NCBI GenBank assembly: GCA_030141605.1
Contig: JAQGDQ010000170.1
Coordinates: 386,494-450,493 of the forward strand
Origin: Tubiluchus corallicola
Taxonomy: Eukaryota > Animalia > Priapulida
Length of the DNA stretch: 64,000 nt
Direction: 5' to 3'
Below are positions 53,001-64,000 of the stretch, piece by piece; within the stretch, counting starts at the first letter, position 1, and every line of letters starts with the position of its first letter. Both the position numbers and the translations under genes were made by a program. The notes under the pieces are model-generated. The model had not been told where the DNA came from. It made no database searches and saw nothing but the letters and a program-made list of their open reading frames with translations.

Positions 53001-55643
53001 GTAATCAGCCGCAAATTGTCTGCGATAAGTCGTTACCGCTTGTCCCCAAGTCGGATTGTCGATATTGTTACAAGATCCATCGTAGGTTCTACATTAAGCA
53101 TAGAAAAGTGTAGGTCACGAATACAACTGAAAAAATATTCTCACTAATAGCAATAGGTTTATTTAACTTGTTATTTTTGCTACTATACGTCTGTATCTAA
53201 TTAAACTGTAAGATATGTGATATGAAATGTAAAACGCCGATGCATGTATTTTCTCATGTAGCATTTATTTTTGGGGTTTTAAGTATTTAATTAAAGAAGA
53301 TTTATGTAATAGACGTATTTTACAACATATTTACCGACTCGCACGACTGGGCTACTTTGTATATTAATATCAAGCAGAAGACTAACAACGCAGCGGCGTC
53401 TGTGCCATTGTTGTCAAAATAGAGTTCTTTATTTTCTGTGCTTTATTACTGAGTTAGCAATACAGTTTAGCATTTTTGATGCTTTAATACATTTTTCTTT
53501 CCTAGAAGGCTAAAACCAAAGTCAAAATAATTTTGAGTATTGCTATTGATCTGCTTTTCTACTGTGTGCCTTTTTATTTAATTGTCTGGCTGTTTTACCT
53601 GTATCGGCTATTTGCAGCATCAGTACAATCTATGCTTGGGTTGCATTCAACAGTGACGGCGAGATTTATTCCAGCAACGTCTCCTGCTCCACTAAAATTC
53701 AGAATTTTCAATTATTTTGCAAGTCAGCTGCTGATCACGCTTTGCTGCTCTGTATGCAAAATTTTAGCTAATGCAGAGCATCTAATACGAGCAAAATATA
53801 TTTAGGAAATGTAACTCTGTCTCTAGTTACAAGTACGTATTATGTCTCATGAATAACTACGTTTTCCCGAGTGAGGCAAGTACTGCTGTTGTAATTCGCA
53901 ACATGTCTCCAACATTTACCCGCAGTAAAAGCGGGTGATGAATAATTTTTTATAGTAAATTTTATTTAGAACACGCTTCTAACGCCTGTGATGCCCTATC
54001 ATACAAAGTCCTATTTAGACTGCCAACTTACTCTGCGTCAAGCACTCTTGTGGTCTCCAAGGCAATTTCAGCAAGCACTGCCCTTTCCTTGGATTTCTGA
54101 CTAGCTTTGTGAAATTTTTTTGACTTTCTGGCCATTGGACATTCCATCGTTTCACCTAGAAGAAATGGTACGTATTCTGTTCGGATAAAAATTGAAAAAG
54201 CTAACAGCACAAAAAAGCTCAAAAGCTCATTTCTAACCAATAGATGCGTGACTACTGCTCTTAAAACTGTTCGGGTCAATAGTTTGTCAATTTTAAGAGA
54301 ACAAAAAATTGAGCGAGAAAAAAAGAGAAGGAAAACATGAAAGCAAGAGAGATACAAAGAAGAAAATGGCAGACGAAAAGGGAGGGAAAGTCTGGGGGAG
54401 GGGGACAGGAGTGATCTCGGCTTGCCAACTCATGTGCGCAGATTTATAAACTCCTTGTTTTTCAGAAGTCTCCACTCATCTATTTCTACATTATATAAAT
54501 CATTAAGTAACGACGCAGTTTGGCCTGGGTCATAAAAATAGTAATTTTTACACCCAGAAATGCTTAATCGGCAAAAATCATCTAATATTTTCGAAGCATT
54601 AAACAATTAGTGGTACATAAAAATAACTAGTCAACAACAATTACACGGACATAAATTGCTACGTTTAATTCAGTAAATATTTCGAAATAAAAATTAATTG
54701 CATCTACCTCAGTCAACATTTAACATTGCGCTCAATATGCAACTTAATACATAGAACAGAAAATTTTCATACTAGCATCGGCAACTATGTTTATGCTAAC
54801 CTGCTCGCCTGTTTTCAGCAAAGTGGCTCTGGCTTCTGCGATGAGTGAGGTTAATTACGGCCTGTTGTTCCGCATTTTTGATTTCCTCTCTTTTACGCTT
54901 GGCGCACGTAGTACCAAGAACGAAAAATCCCAAAGCAACAAGAAAAATGGCTCTGCTGAAGACCAAATATAAAAATAAATTTTGACGTAATTGGAAAACG
55001 GCAAGAGAGAACGTTTAAAACTGGATGTTTCACAATCTGATTACATATTATTATTGTGTACTCACGTGGCAAGTCAAAGCTGCTATATAGTAAATTTACG
55101 TGTCGCTAAGTACAAATGCGTATTAGGGCCATACTATCCTATTACATGTATAAAGACTTTTTTAATAATCGGATATCATGGCGTTAATATGATTTAGAAG
55201 TTAAAACTTGGTAACGTCTAAATGGAATAGTGTTTGTACCATGACTTTTTTCGGCCAGAATGCTAAGTCCGACAATATTCCATAAGTATTAAGAGCTTAA
55301 TATTTATTCGTCGTTTAACTCATTTTGGCCCATAAATAGTTTTTGTACTAATACACAATCACATTCTTACTGTTGCAAATCTATCATACCGTTGCAAATG
55401 TATCATAGAAGCAAATGAGGCCTTCACATTACCATTCAAGAGCCTTCTTGACGTAAACGAGTGACAAGGATGACATTTAATGTTTGAGAACCAAAAATAA
55501 TGCTCTGAGTGCCAATAATAAAAGTTATAAAAATGTATGATGCAAAATAATATTATTTCAACATGATAATTGATTTTGAATTTCGTTACAAATGCTAGAC
55601 GCCAACTTTAATTTTGGTGAAAGACGTACCTTGTACTTTTCAT
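41057..55643 (-). CDS. Secreted animal heme peroxidase, paralog B, 16 coding exons, 699 aa
   Basis: Exons: 55630-55643, 54801-54952 (CAGCAG acceptor, alternative 54955), 54032-54155, 53599-53691, 52991-53088, 49927-50115, 49029-49178, 48562-48663, 47928-48038, 47494-47654, 45863-46011, 44842-45015, 44582-44707, 43752-43859, 42435-42592, 41057-41247. Total 2100 nt, open frame. Exon lengths and phases match paralog A except exon 11 (+6 nt) and exon 16 (+3 nt). Signal peptide MKSTRAIFLVALGFFVLGTTCA. Motifs: MQWGQYLDHDIT, ITAYIDGS, GDERANEQ..LREHNR, TAAFRFGHS, DLAAINIQRGREHG, IDLFVGGLAE. Confidence 0.93.
42140..42220. repeat. Imperfect (TC)n tract (a shorter one lies at 41282-41330)
   Basis: Directly visible. 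Confidence 0.8.
43270..43596. repeat. Compound (TC)n/(TA)n/(TACA)n microsatellite
   Basis: Directly visible. The perfect TACA tract is about 43507-43596. Confidence 0.95.
48771..48827 (-). mobile_element. tRNA-derived SINE head (degenerate)
   Basis: Minus strand TGTAGTGCAATGGGTAG (A-box-like) ... GGTTTCGAAT (B-box-like) at tRNA spacing. No complete cloverleaf. Confidence 0.4.
50640..52760 (-). mobile_element. Highly degenerate DNA transposon relic with SWIM- and YqaJ-like peptides (Kolobok-like) in intron 5 of peroxidase B
   Basis: About 51620-51695 reads HCS../CTTGASGISHFYFLLEY (SWIM CxCxAGxxxxCxH-like). About 50640-50945 gives frameshifted GLxVVIH..LWLCCA/DGIL..FEV, resembling the lambda-exonuclease/YqaJ core. 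Recognition is by eye only. Confidence 0.38.
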
Positions 55644-55693
55644 CTTGAAATATCCGCCGCTATGGTACTAAGAACGTGAAAGCGGTTCTTGCC

Positions 55694-55760
55694 TTTAATA
55701 CCCCCCACTCCCTTGAAAGTGTTTACATAGTGTTGACATTTTGCTATTTGTCCAAAAAGT
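55694..55760 (-). promoter_or_regulatory. Core/proximal promoter of peroxidase B
   Basis: TATTAAA at 55694-55700 (minus strand), followed by TGTTTAC/TGTTGAC/TATTTGT forkhead-like cores and the ACATTTTGCTA-TTTGTCC block shared with paralog A. Confidence 0.45.
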
Positions 55761-56571
55761 GCTTATGGCAAAGATAAACTTCATTGTTCCGGTTTGATCC
55801 AGCATGTTAAACTATATAGGAAGGAAGAAAAGGTTGATGCAAAGTCTGTCATGTTGCGGGAAACAAATTCGATATTTTTGTCGTTTTGGCACACGATTGC
55901 AGTAAGTGTGAGGACACGATTTATAATTAGTTATTTACTGAAATTGACTTGCAAAATGCCGTGAATAGCTCCATAAGCATGTTTCAAACACGCCCCGTGG
56001 TGCCTAGGAATATATCACTGAATTGTCAAATGGCAGCTCAGTAACTTTCCAAATATCAAACGTTTGTGTTAGAAGCTATAAGATTTAAAGACCTTTTGAA
56101 AGCACTCACATTAGTACTCAAATTACTGAGGTTCACTCCCTTTAGACGACGTTAGACTAGGTACAAATAAAGTTTAAAACGCTGTTAACACATGTTTCTC
56201 ATCAAGCAAAAATATTTAATCAGTAAATTTCACTTTATAGGTTCGCGTCTCTCCCGTCATATAACGAAAGAAAAAACTCAATAGTCAAAATATCAAATAA
56301 GGAAGAAAGAGAGGAAGCAATGGTGAAGAAAAGACGAATGGAGAAAGGGAAAAAGAGAAAGGAGTAAGAAAAAAGCAGCAAGGAAAAACATATGAAAATG
56401 GAGAAAGTATGATAGATTTGTGCATTTATACCTTAATGTGTAGTCTTGGCTTGGCTAACTTTAAATGTGTTATTAGCATTGTAGATAACAATCTTTAATG
56501 GAACTACCACTTTCTAATTATGCTACCTTTAACTGGTAGTTCTTATGGGGTTCTTATTTGTTGCTTCATAA

Positions 56572-56917
56572 CAGTAGGGTCAATATAATGGAAAAATAGC
56601 CCTATTCTCAAAAAAATACAAGAAAACGATATTTGGTGTTCAATTGTAGTATTTGGTCCAGAAAATAACTTATCCAAATAAGGCCGATATTTTGTCACTG
56701 CAAAGGGCCTAATTATGACGTCAAAAAAGATGGCCGTCAATTGACGAAAATGAATGGGTATTTAGTCTACAAAAATGGTGAAAAACATTGCTCATTTGGA
56801 CGTCATAATTAGGCCCTTTGCAGTGAACAAATTTCGGCCTAATTTGGTTATGTTATTTGATGCACTAAATATTACAAGAAAAAATTTCTTGCAAGTTTTT
56901 TGGAGTTGACCCTACTA
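56572..56917. mobile_element. Foldback MITE, possibly Tc1/mariner-like
   Basis: Ends CAGTAGGGTCAA...TTGACCCTACTA. Inner inverted arms CACTGCAAAGGGCCTAATTATGACGTC / GACGTCATAATTAGGCCCTTTGCAGTG. Confidence 0.7.
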
Positions 56918-57365
56918 TAACTTGACTCTCAGCAAATTGACCCTACCATAAACCGTAACAGCAATTATGGGAAACCATAATGATCAATAAGCAATTAACT
57001 AAACAAAACATAAATCTGATATTATGGGCGCAAGGTCTTGGAATATTAAAACTCCATGTTGTCATGCATTCTAAGTAAAGCGTGACAAGAAAAGTTTTTA
57101 GTGTGTTGCATCACCGCATTTTGCTTATGAAATGTAAACATTTAAAAAACTCAATACCCGTGATATGCGGAACTCATAACATTTCTCAACCGACTGCAAA
57201 CAAGGTCATCATAAGGTGTTTGCCCATTAATTTAGGTGAAAAACGTACCTCTCAATGTTCATCTTGATTTACTTGCCACTGCAAGAAAGAGCACAAAAAT
57301 TATACACAGTTAGGTCCTGCCAGTATAAATACTTACAAATTATTTCCTAACTGTTTGTCCTAAAG

Positions 57366-57700
57366 CAGCATTCCTCAACCTTTTTGTCCCCCAATGCCTC
57401 GCCGCACCTTAGGACGACATCTTCCTTTCCAAACTTATCGTTATAGCGTTCTACATTTACTTGGATTGGTTTTGTAACAGATTCTTACAAATTTCGTAAG
57501 AATTCAAAAAAATTTTGATGGATTTTAGATGTAAAATAGGAGCTCGTGTAGTTTTTAGTTTAATCTGTAGCACTGAATAGTATGATGTCCTGTACATAAT
57601 GTACAATTTGTAGAATTGTAGTTTATAGAAAGATCAATATTCTAACTATTGTTTGAATCTACTAATCTGTGGCCCCAATCCCTTCCGGTTGAAATCCCTA
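57366..57700. mobile_element. Possible hAT (Charlie-like) MITE relic
   Basis: CAGCATTCCTCAACCTTTTT at the left end and GGTTGAAATCCCTA at the right end resemble degenerate hAT TIRs. Confidence 0.3.
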
Positions 57701-58066
57701 GTGTCCCTAGGGATTCCTCTAGTTGATGACTCCACACGGTTTGATTATTGAATTAAAATTATAGATTACTATGATATAACAATAATTTAAAAACTTTTTA
57801 GCAAGAAATTGTTTTCAAACTGACAAGTACAGTAGTGGAAGCTGCGGCTACTCAAAGTTAATAAATCATGTAAAGGACTGTAAGTATGACAAATTTTACG
57901 AGCATCTAACGTTGCAAAACAAAAGAAGGAAAGAGAGATGAAATTCAAACAAACGAACAGCTAAGAACATACCCTTCTACAATTTAGAAAATGCCACAGT
58001 TATGATTGGTTGATTTCCCATAGAAATAACAGCTCCACAGTGAAACACACACAGTGTAAGAAACAA

Positions 58067-58303
58067 GTCCACACATTTTATGTTTTACACAGATTTCTGC
58101 CAAGGTACAGCTGCCGCCGCGGAATAATAAATAAAATGAATAAATGTCCACACATTTTATATTTTACACATATATATATAAGCCAAGGTAGAGCTGCCGC
58201 CGCGAAATAATAAATAAAATGAATAAATGTCCACACATTTTAAATTTTACACATATTTCAGCCAAGGTACAGCTGCCGCCGCGGAATAATAAATAAAATG
58301 AAT
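58067..58303. repeat. Minisatellite, 3 copies of a ~80 bp unit
   Basis: GTCCACACATTTTA..TTTTACACA..GCCAAGGTACAGCTGCCGCCGCGGAATAATAAATAAAATGAAT, with copies starting at 58067, 58146 and 58229. Confidence 0.92.
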
Positions 58304-58659
58304 CAGAAATAATTAAATCAGACAGCTAATTGATATGTCAACTCAGAAATCTGTGTCTACGTTGCGTCTGTAGAACATGATAATGAATCCAACTTTGTAA
58401 CTAGTGTTAAGTAATCACGAAGAGAGCCAGTACTTAGCCGTTTTAAGTCTGAATTGCTGTTGCATATTATGTAATTTAGTTTGATATGTATGAACTATAA
58501 CAAACGATTAATTAATGTGGCTGTATATTAGTGAAAGTTATTTCTCAGCCAGTTTTTTACATAAAAAGCAAAATGAATTCTACATTAATTAAACTTTAAA
58601 GGACGAGAGCCGAATAATTTAGTTACTTTTGTGATTGTCAATAGTGGAAGTAATCATTA

Positions 58660-59147
58660 TTCTAAATTCTATATCCAACAACTTGTCAATATTTGTTGAC
58701 GGAATCTCAGAGGAAGATCTTATATGCATTTCCCAAATTGTTAGCGCAACTAGCATTTTGGCATCTCAGAAGAAGAAAAACTTAGAACTATAATTCCATG
58801 ATGTTTTTATTCTCACATATGACACCGGCCAACGTGAACTTACCAATTTCCATTATACGAGCTGGAAAATACATGAGGTGCTACTTGGTAGATAATATAA
58901 ACATATCTGTCTAGCCAGTACCCACGTCAGATTCACACTGGCTTTACTTCGTCAGTACACCCCCCCCCCCATCATTCACACAACTCGCACGCATACAACT
59001 CACCAGTTGCAAAATTTTCTCATTACTCCTTTTGGCAACTGAGTCATCATCTCGCATTTACCGTGATAGATGACAGATATCTTGCGAGTATTTGAAAGAA
59101 TCACATTACTGACATGGCTCAGTTTTCTATAAAATCGGATGCTTTTA
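58660..59147 (-). pseudogene. Third heme peroxidase paralog, internally deleted pseudogene
   Basis: 59004-59147 aligns to the 5' part of exon 6 (YRKLSHVSNVILSNTRKISVIYHG vs CRKLSDGSSEALPNTRSISVDYH) and retains its acceptor. About 58660-58861 aligns to terminal exon 16 (RIMEIGKFTLAGVICENKNIMEL*F*VFL vs EITEIQKVTLAGVICDNTDITEIQPSVFL) with in-frame stops and a frameshift. Confidence 0.8.
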
Positions 59148-60857
59148 CTGTTTGAAAATTTCTTTGATCATTCTGGCTGGGCTATATAGCACTTCTCGCA
59201 TGTTTTCACCATCATGAAACAAAAGACAGAAAGGCGGAAAGAAATGGGAGAAAAGAAAGGAAAGGAAAGGAAATGAACGAAAGGAGGCAAAGAAACAGGA
59301 GCTGGCAAAACAATATGCAAACGAGGCAAAAAATTTGCGTAGTATACAAGTGCACAGGGAAACGCCGGTTGTTATCGTGTTACAGGACAGGTTAAAATAG
59401 CACTAAACAGGCTATTTAAACTTGCAAAGTATGAGATGAAATGAAAATGAGGAAAGTAATTAACTAGCAGCTGGTTCTTCACATATACGTTTAAGTACGT
59501 CGGATTGACTAGACATTATAAATTTGCTTTTGACACCTGCTGAATAATAGATAATAACGTTTATTACAACCATCATCTCGTAATCTCTCTTTATTTGTCT
59601 TCAAAGAGGGTTCATATTTATTACTTCATAAACAATAACGGTAGTAATATTAGGCCTTTAGTAGATAATTAATTGCATTATGAACAGGTAACCAGCATAA
59701 TGATGATAATAATAATAATAGTAATACACAATGATCTAGACCGAAGTATATAAACAAGAAATTTATGATACGTAATTCAGTTTAAATGCGAACGTAGAGC
59801 TCTATGAATAAGACGAAGACATTCCTGGTTTCTTAATTTTTTTATTAAGAGGTAAGACGACAACTTCTATTAATTAGCAACGTACCACTTCCTGGTTTTC
59901 TTCTGTTGATTCTCTGTTCAGAACACAGTTAACTTGGCTTATTGAATTAGTTAAAAAAGCACTTTGTATAGTCAAACAAAAATGAATGTGAAATACCCTA
60001 ACTAAAAAGGTTCTCGGTTTGCTTGTCCCTCTTCCAAATATCAAAACTTAAGATTAAATTTTAAAAGTCAAACAACCTCAATTCTTACATATCTCTAATT
60101 TGTCTCCAATTACTGATCTAATTACTGACAGCTTTCGGTTGAGTGGATAATTAATCAGACAATTAGTCAACAAAAGCGTAGACGCTAAAGTTAAAATTAA
60201 GTATTCTAGAAACTTTAAACAAAAATTTCAATGTTCGCTACTGCGCTAAAGTAAGTAGAAATGTTCCTCATCTTAGATTTAGTCAACGACTTTTTTGGCC
60301 TGCAATCGGTACCTGTTAAATAAGTTCTTATACTAACTTTGTTTGGTCATTTGATCTCCATTTATCAGATGACCTCTTGTGGCTTTTTGGATTACTCTTT
60401 GATGGTAATTTTGGGTCATGATTTTCAAAACTCACTGGTCCTTAGGCTAGCTGATCAGTGTGATCAACCTCCATATGGGGATCGCTCGCCTACATGTACT
60501 CCACCCACTGATAGATTGGACTGACTAACACGAGCGTTTCATCAGATGGTGAGAAATATATATAGATGGAAATATATATATTAGAAACTTTGTACCTTCA
60601 CTTTTTTGCCTGAGATTCTTTATACTTTTCCATTGCCTCTATATTCAAAATTTGTCAACCAGAATGCATTAATTGTGGCATGAGTGCCATTTTTCAATTT
60701 CTGTTATAAATATTGTCCGACAAAGTTGATGAGCTTCAAGTCTCTTATATATCACAAAAAAATGTTTTTCAAGCAGCCAAGAAACGAAAAGTGTTCAAGC
60801 AATAGTTTTCAGACTTCCAGTGGAGTGAAAGAGCAGTATACTGGACAAAAGACAGGC

Positions 60858-63800
60858 ATGAGGCCGTGGTATCTAGTTTACTTCTTTCTAGCAATCTGCG
60901 AATCAAGACGATCACGAAGAATCAACGTGCTCAGATCAAACAGTAAGACGAAATTCAATAATTCATTGAACTTTTTGAACAAGCCTTGAACTGGTTTTAT
61001 CGCATACATTGCACAAAAAATAACTAAGGGAGCGGTAAAAGTGCTGAAACACTTTGCACAGTAAAAAAAGTCACTGAGTAAATGAAAAATCAATTTTAGG
61101 AGCAGCACTTGAATGAAAATAAGTAACAGAAAATGCAGTTTGGATTGAAGCTTGTAGTTATATTATCGTTAGATGCTTCTACATTTATCTTCGCTATAGT
61201 AATCTTTTATTCCTTAATATGTTACATTTCTGTAATTTTTGCCCCAAACTGGATGATCTGTAAAAGTAAACGGCTAACGACACTCCAAGATGAAAATGCG
61301 CTGCAAAGTGCTAGTAGTAATTTGTTAAATCCTTCTGGTTAATATCTCACACAATTAGTGACACTGTCAAAATTTAAATTGGTGGCTACAAATTAAATTT
61401 TCCTTAAAACTTCCTTTCTCAAATATGGAAATATCTGTGTAGTACGATATGTTTTATTTTATTTAATTAACCAATATGTCTATAAAAATAATTAGACTCG
61501 CAATTAGACAGGCTCGATTATTATGTTTTTCACGCGAAGATTAGAAGTCCCTAGCAGATGAAGCTTGCTCAGTTAACAGTGGTTACCTCATCCCTATTCT
61601 AGCTTTGAAGTTTCTTGCAAAATTTAATCATTTTGCATGTGCACATGCAGTTTTAAAAATAGAGTTGGCAAGCCGCTCACCCAAGTAACAAGTCAGTGCG
61701 TTCTTGAACTTTCTTCAAGTAGAAAATGGTGATTATTAAATCATCACGAGAATATAAGGAATGTATATGAAAAGTGTTATTATAGGCGAATATAGAGCTT
61801 CTAGTAAATGGATACCTAGAACAAATTGCAATAGAATTTTTCTATTCAGATTCTGTCAGAACATGGTCACAAGTACCCACAATAAAAAATCGGCCAAAAT
61901 CGGTTTCGATACTTTTGTGATATATGCATAAATCCAACATGGCGCCTGGTAGGGCCAAAAATCAGTTATATCTCGTAAATCATCAAGCCTAAGTGAAAAA
62001 ATTCTATTAAGACAGCATCACTTGATAATGCTGGTCACTGGAAGTCACTTACTTGTTTCACATATAATTATTCATTGGTGTCAAAGTGAAACTACCGGAT
62101 GCAACCTATGGGACAGCGGCTTCATTGGAAAGATTTGCATCCGCTAGTTTCACTTTGCCACCAACAAATAACTATACACGAGAGCGAGTAAAACAATACC
62201 AGTGATCACATTTTTGAAGTGACGCTGTCTTAGTCTCCTCCATCATATGTGGCATGCCTGGACGAGACTGTTCCAACCAGTCAAGTCCTTTCCACTGACT
62301 TCTGCCCTGCACCAATCAATTGGTTTCACCCCCACCCCTGCCCACGTCTCACTTGGGTCAAACAATTGGCATTGGTGTAACATATTGCCGAAATAACGAA
62401 CCTAGCTAATGGCAGACCTTCTTTCCATGCGCTCGTCGCCACTTCCACTTAAGGGGCAAGCATTCAAAATTAATGTAAAAATAAGTAACAGTGATGGCCT
62501 AATGACTTGACAATGGCGTTGTGACGTTATAGTTGGAAAATGACAACATTTTTGGTTTTACATGGTGCATTTTCCTAACAGTTGTTGCCACATAATTTTC
62601 TACTAAGCAATCGACTTTTGACACCTATAGGCACCATATACATACCAAGGAAATGATGTAAATGGACATCAACGACATGCTAGAACAATGTTTAACTGAT
62701 TTTAAATGCTATTACAAGCAGTGATAATGAAAGAAGAACAATTCCAGTGACCCATTTTTAACAACATTGAAATAGTGTTGTTCTTAACTGCCTCATAATA
62801 GTATTGCGATATTATGATGACATCGTAGATGAAAACGACGAAATTTTTGGAGTTCTTGGGTGCAGTTTCGTATCAGTCAACAATACAATTTTTCACCTAT
62901 TTAGCAGATATAACTGAGTTTTGGCGTTAGCATGTGCCATCTTGGATTTATGCATATATCTCAAAAGTATCAAAAATATTTTGGTCAATTTTTTGTTGTA
63001 GGTACTTGAGACCACATTCTAACAGAATCTGAAGACAAAAATTCTATTGCAATTTGTTCTAGGTCACGGTTACTTATTATTTTCCCCCTATAAATAATAG
63101 TTATCTTTTTGCAAATAGATACAAAAATTGATGCACAAAAAATAAGAAACTTCGTTAGAAGCTCCTATGCAGAGTTTCCCGGTACCAAAAAAGTTGATGC
63201 GATACTTATGATAGATGAAAGTATAAGTATGAGAAGGAACTATAACGAAGCGAAATGTGCTCTAAAGGTAAGGAAACATCATTTCAGTTCTTATAATAGA
63301 GTGGGATTTGCTTTACATTTACAAAGACCTCCGATGCAAGCTGACTTACTTCAGCGATAACAGTGGTACCGACTTTGAAATCCTTAACTTTAATGTCCCT
63401 TTGATAAAACAGTGCATGCGAAGTTAAACAACAAAGGGCATTGAAATGAGTTATTGGGCAAAACAGCCATTGTTAAGCAGGCGTAGAAAAATGTTGCTAA
63501 TTAATGGAAACTAAAAAAAAATAAATGAATTCTAAAAAATATAAAATGTGCGGATACCAGGCATTTTGCATGACAGGATAAAAGAAACTTTGTCTAGTTT
63601 CTAGCGAAGAGCGAATAGATTGACATTTTCATTGCTTTGCTCTATAATAATTATAACATAAATGTTATTTAGCTGTTCTGTTTTTCGTATTTTAGTCTTG
63701 ATTTAAATTGCTCAGCTAGTGCATGTGAAAGCCTTGTGGGTTAATGTTCAGAGAATCATTTTAGGGATTGCTCTCATTAATGCTCTCGGGATACTGTTTT

Positions 63801-64000
63801 TTAAGTTCTCGCGTCAATTTCAAATGGAAAATTTTTATAAAATCAGTAACTAGCGTGATGTCAAGCAGACAATGTGATAAACGATAGAAGCGTTAATAAT
63901 AATTTTTATGTGTTAATAATATATTAGCAAATATGTAATCTTTTCTCTACTTTTCCATCTTTCACCAGGAGATAAACTACACCTGTAATTTTAAACATTG
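60858..64000 (+). CDS. Secreted von Willebrand factor A (VWA) domain protein, 5' part (gene continues beyond window)
   Basis: Exon 60858-60942 MRPWYLVYFFLAICESRRSRRINVLRSN (signal-peptide-like, donor A|GTAAG, phase 1) joins in frame to exon 63119-63267 NTKIDAQKIRNFVRSSYAEFPGTKKVDAILMIDESISMRRNYNEAKCALK|GTAAG. This contains the VWA beta-A strand plus the MIDAS motif D-x-S-x-S. A probable next exon starts at 63969 after a pyrimidine tract and CAG. The exon 1 to exon 2 link is inferred from phase compatibility. Confidence 0.72.
61815..63063. mobile_element. Non-autonomous DNA transposon with ~165 bp terminal inverted repeats in intron 1 of the VWA gene
   Basis: 61815-61980 (CCTAGAACAAATTGCAATAGAATTTT...) is the reverse complement of about 62899-63063 (...AAAATTCTATTGCAATTTGTTCTAGG). 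No coding capacity seen. Confidence 0.75.
62008..62232. mobile_element. Palindromic MITE nested inside the 61815-63063 element
   Basis: Inverted pairs TAAGACAGCATCACTT...AAGTGACGCTGTCTTA and TTGGTGTCAAAGTGAAACTACCGGATGCAA...TTGCATCCGCTAGTTTCACTTTGCCACCAA. Confidence 0.7.

Noticed and set aside
23815-55643. Calling the peroxidases PXDN, TPO or MPO orthologs
   Set aside because: They lack the peroxidasin LRR/Ig/VWC domains, the TPO membrane tail and the MPO sulfonium Met. Orthology cannot be set without a tree.
58067-58303. CRISPR-like direct repeats
   Set aside because: No unique spacers, so it is a simple tandem triplication.

Overview
AT-rich animal (probably invertebrate) genomic DNA with spliceosomal introns. 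It is not prokaryotic, so most ORFs in the supplied track are spurious or only partly overlap exons. Main content: (1) two complete tandem minus-strand 16-exon genes for secreted single-domain animal heme peroxidases (peroxidase-cyclooxygenase superfamily, MPO/LPO/peroxinectin-like). Gene A spans 23815-35699 (696 aa) and gene B 41057-55643 (699 aa), both reconstructed exon by exon with identical intron phases. (2) A third, internally deleted peroxidase pseudogene at about 58660-59150. (3) The 5' part of a divergently oriented plus-strand gene for a secreted VWA (MIDAS DxSxS) protein, starting at 60858 and running off the window. (4) Many transposon relics: a head-to-tail Helentron-type (HINE/DINE-like) element between the peroxidases, Harbinger- and Tc1-like MITEs, nested foldback elements, an RTE LINE 3' end, a SWIM+YqaJ (Kolobok-like) relic and tRNA-derived SINE heads. 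(5) Large compound microsatellites. I could not support any gene in the first ~23 kb. The most notable points are the peroxidase cluster itself (extra cysteines, mosaic divergence suggesting gene conversion, a deletion-fused pseudogene) and its head-to-head position with a secreted VWA gene. Any functional link between them is a hypothesis only.
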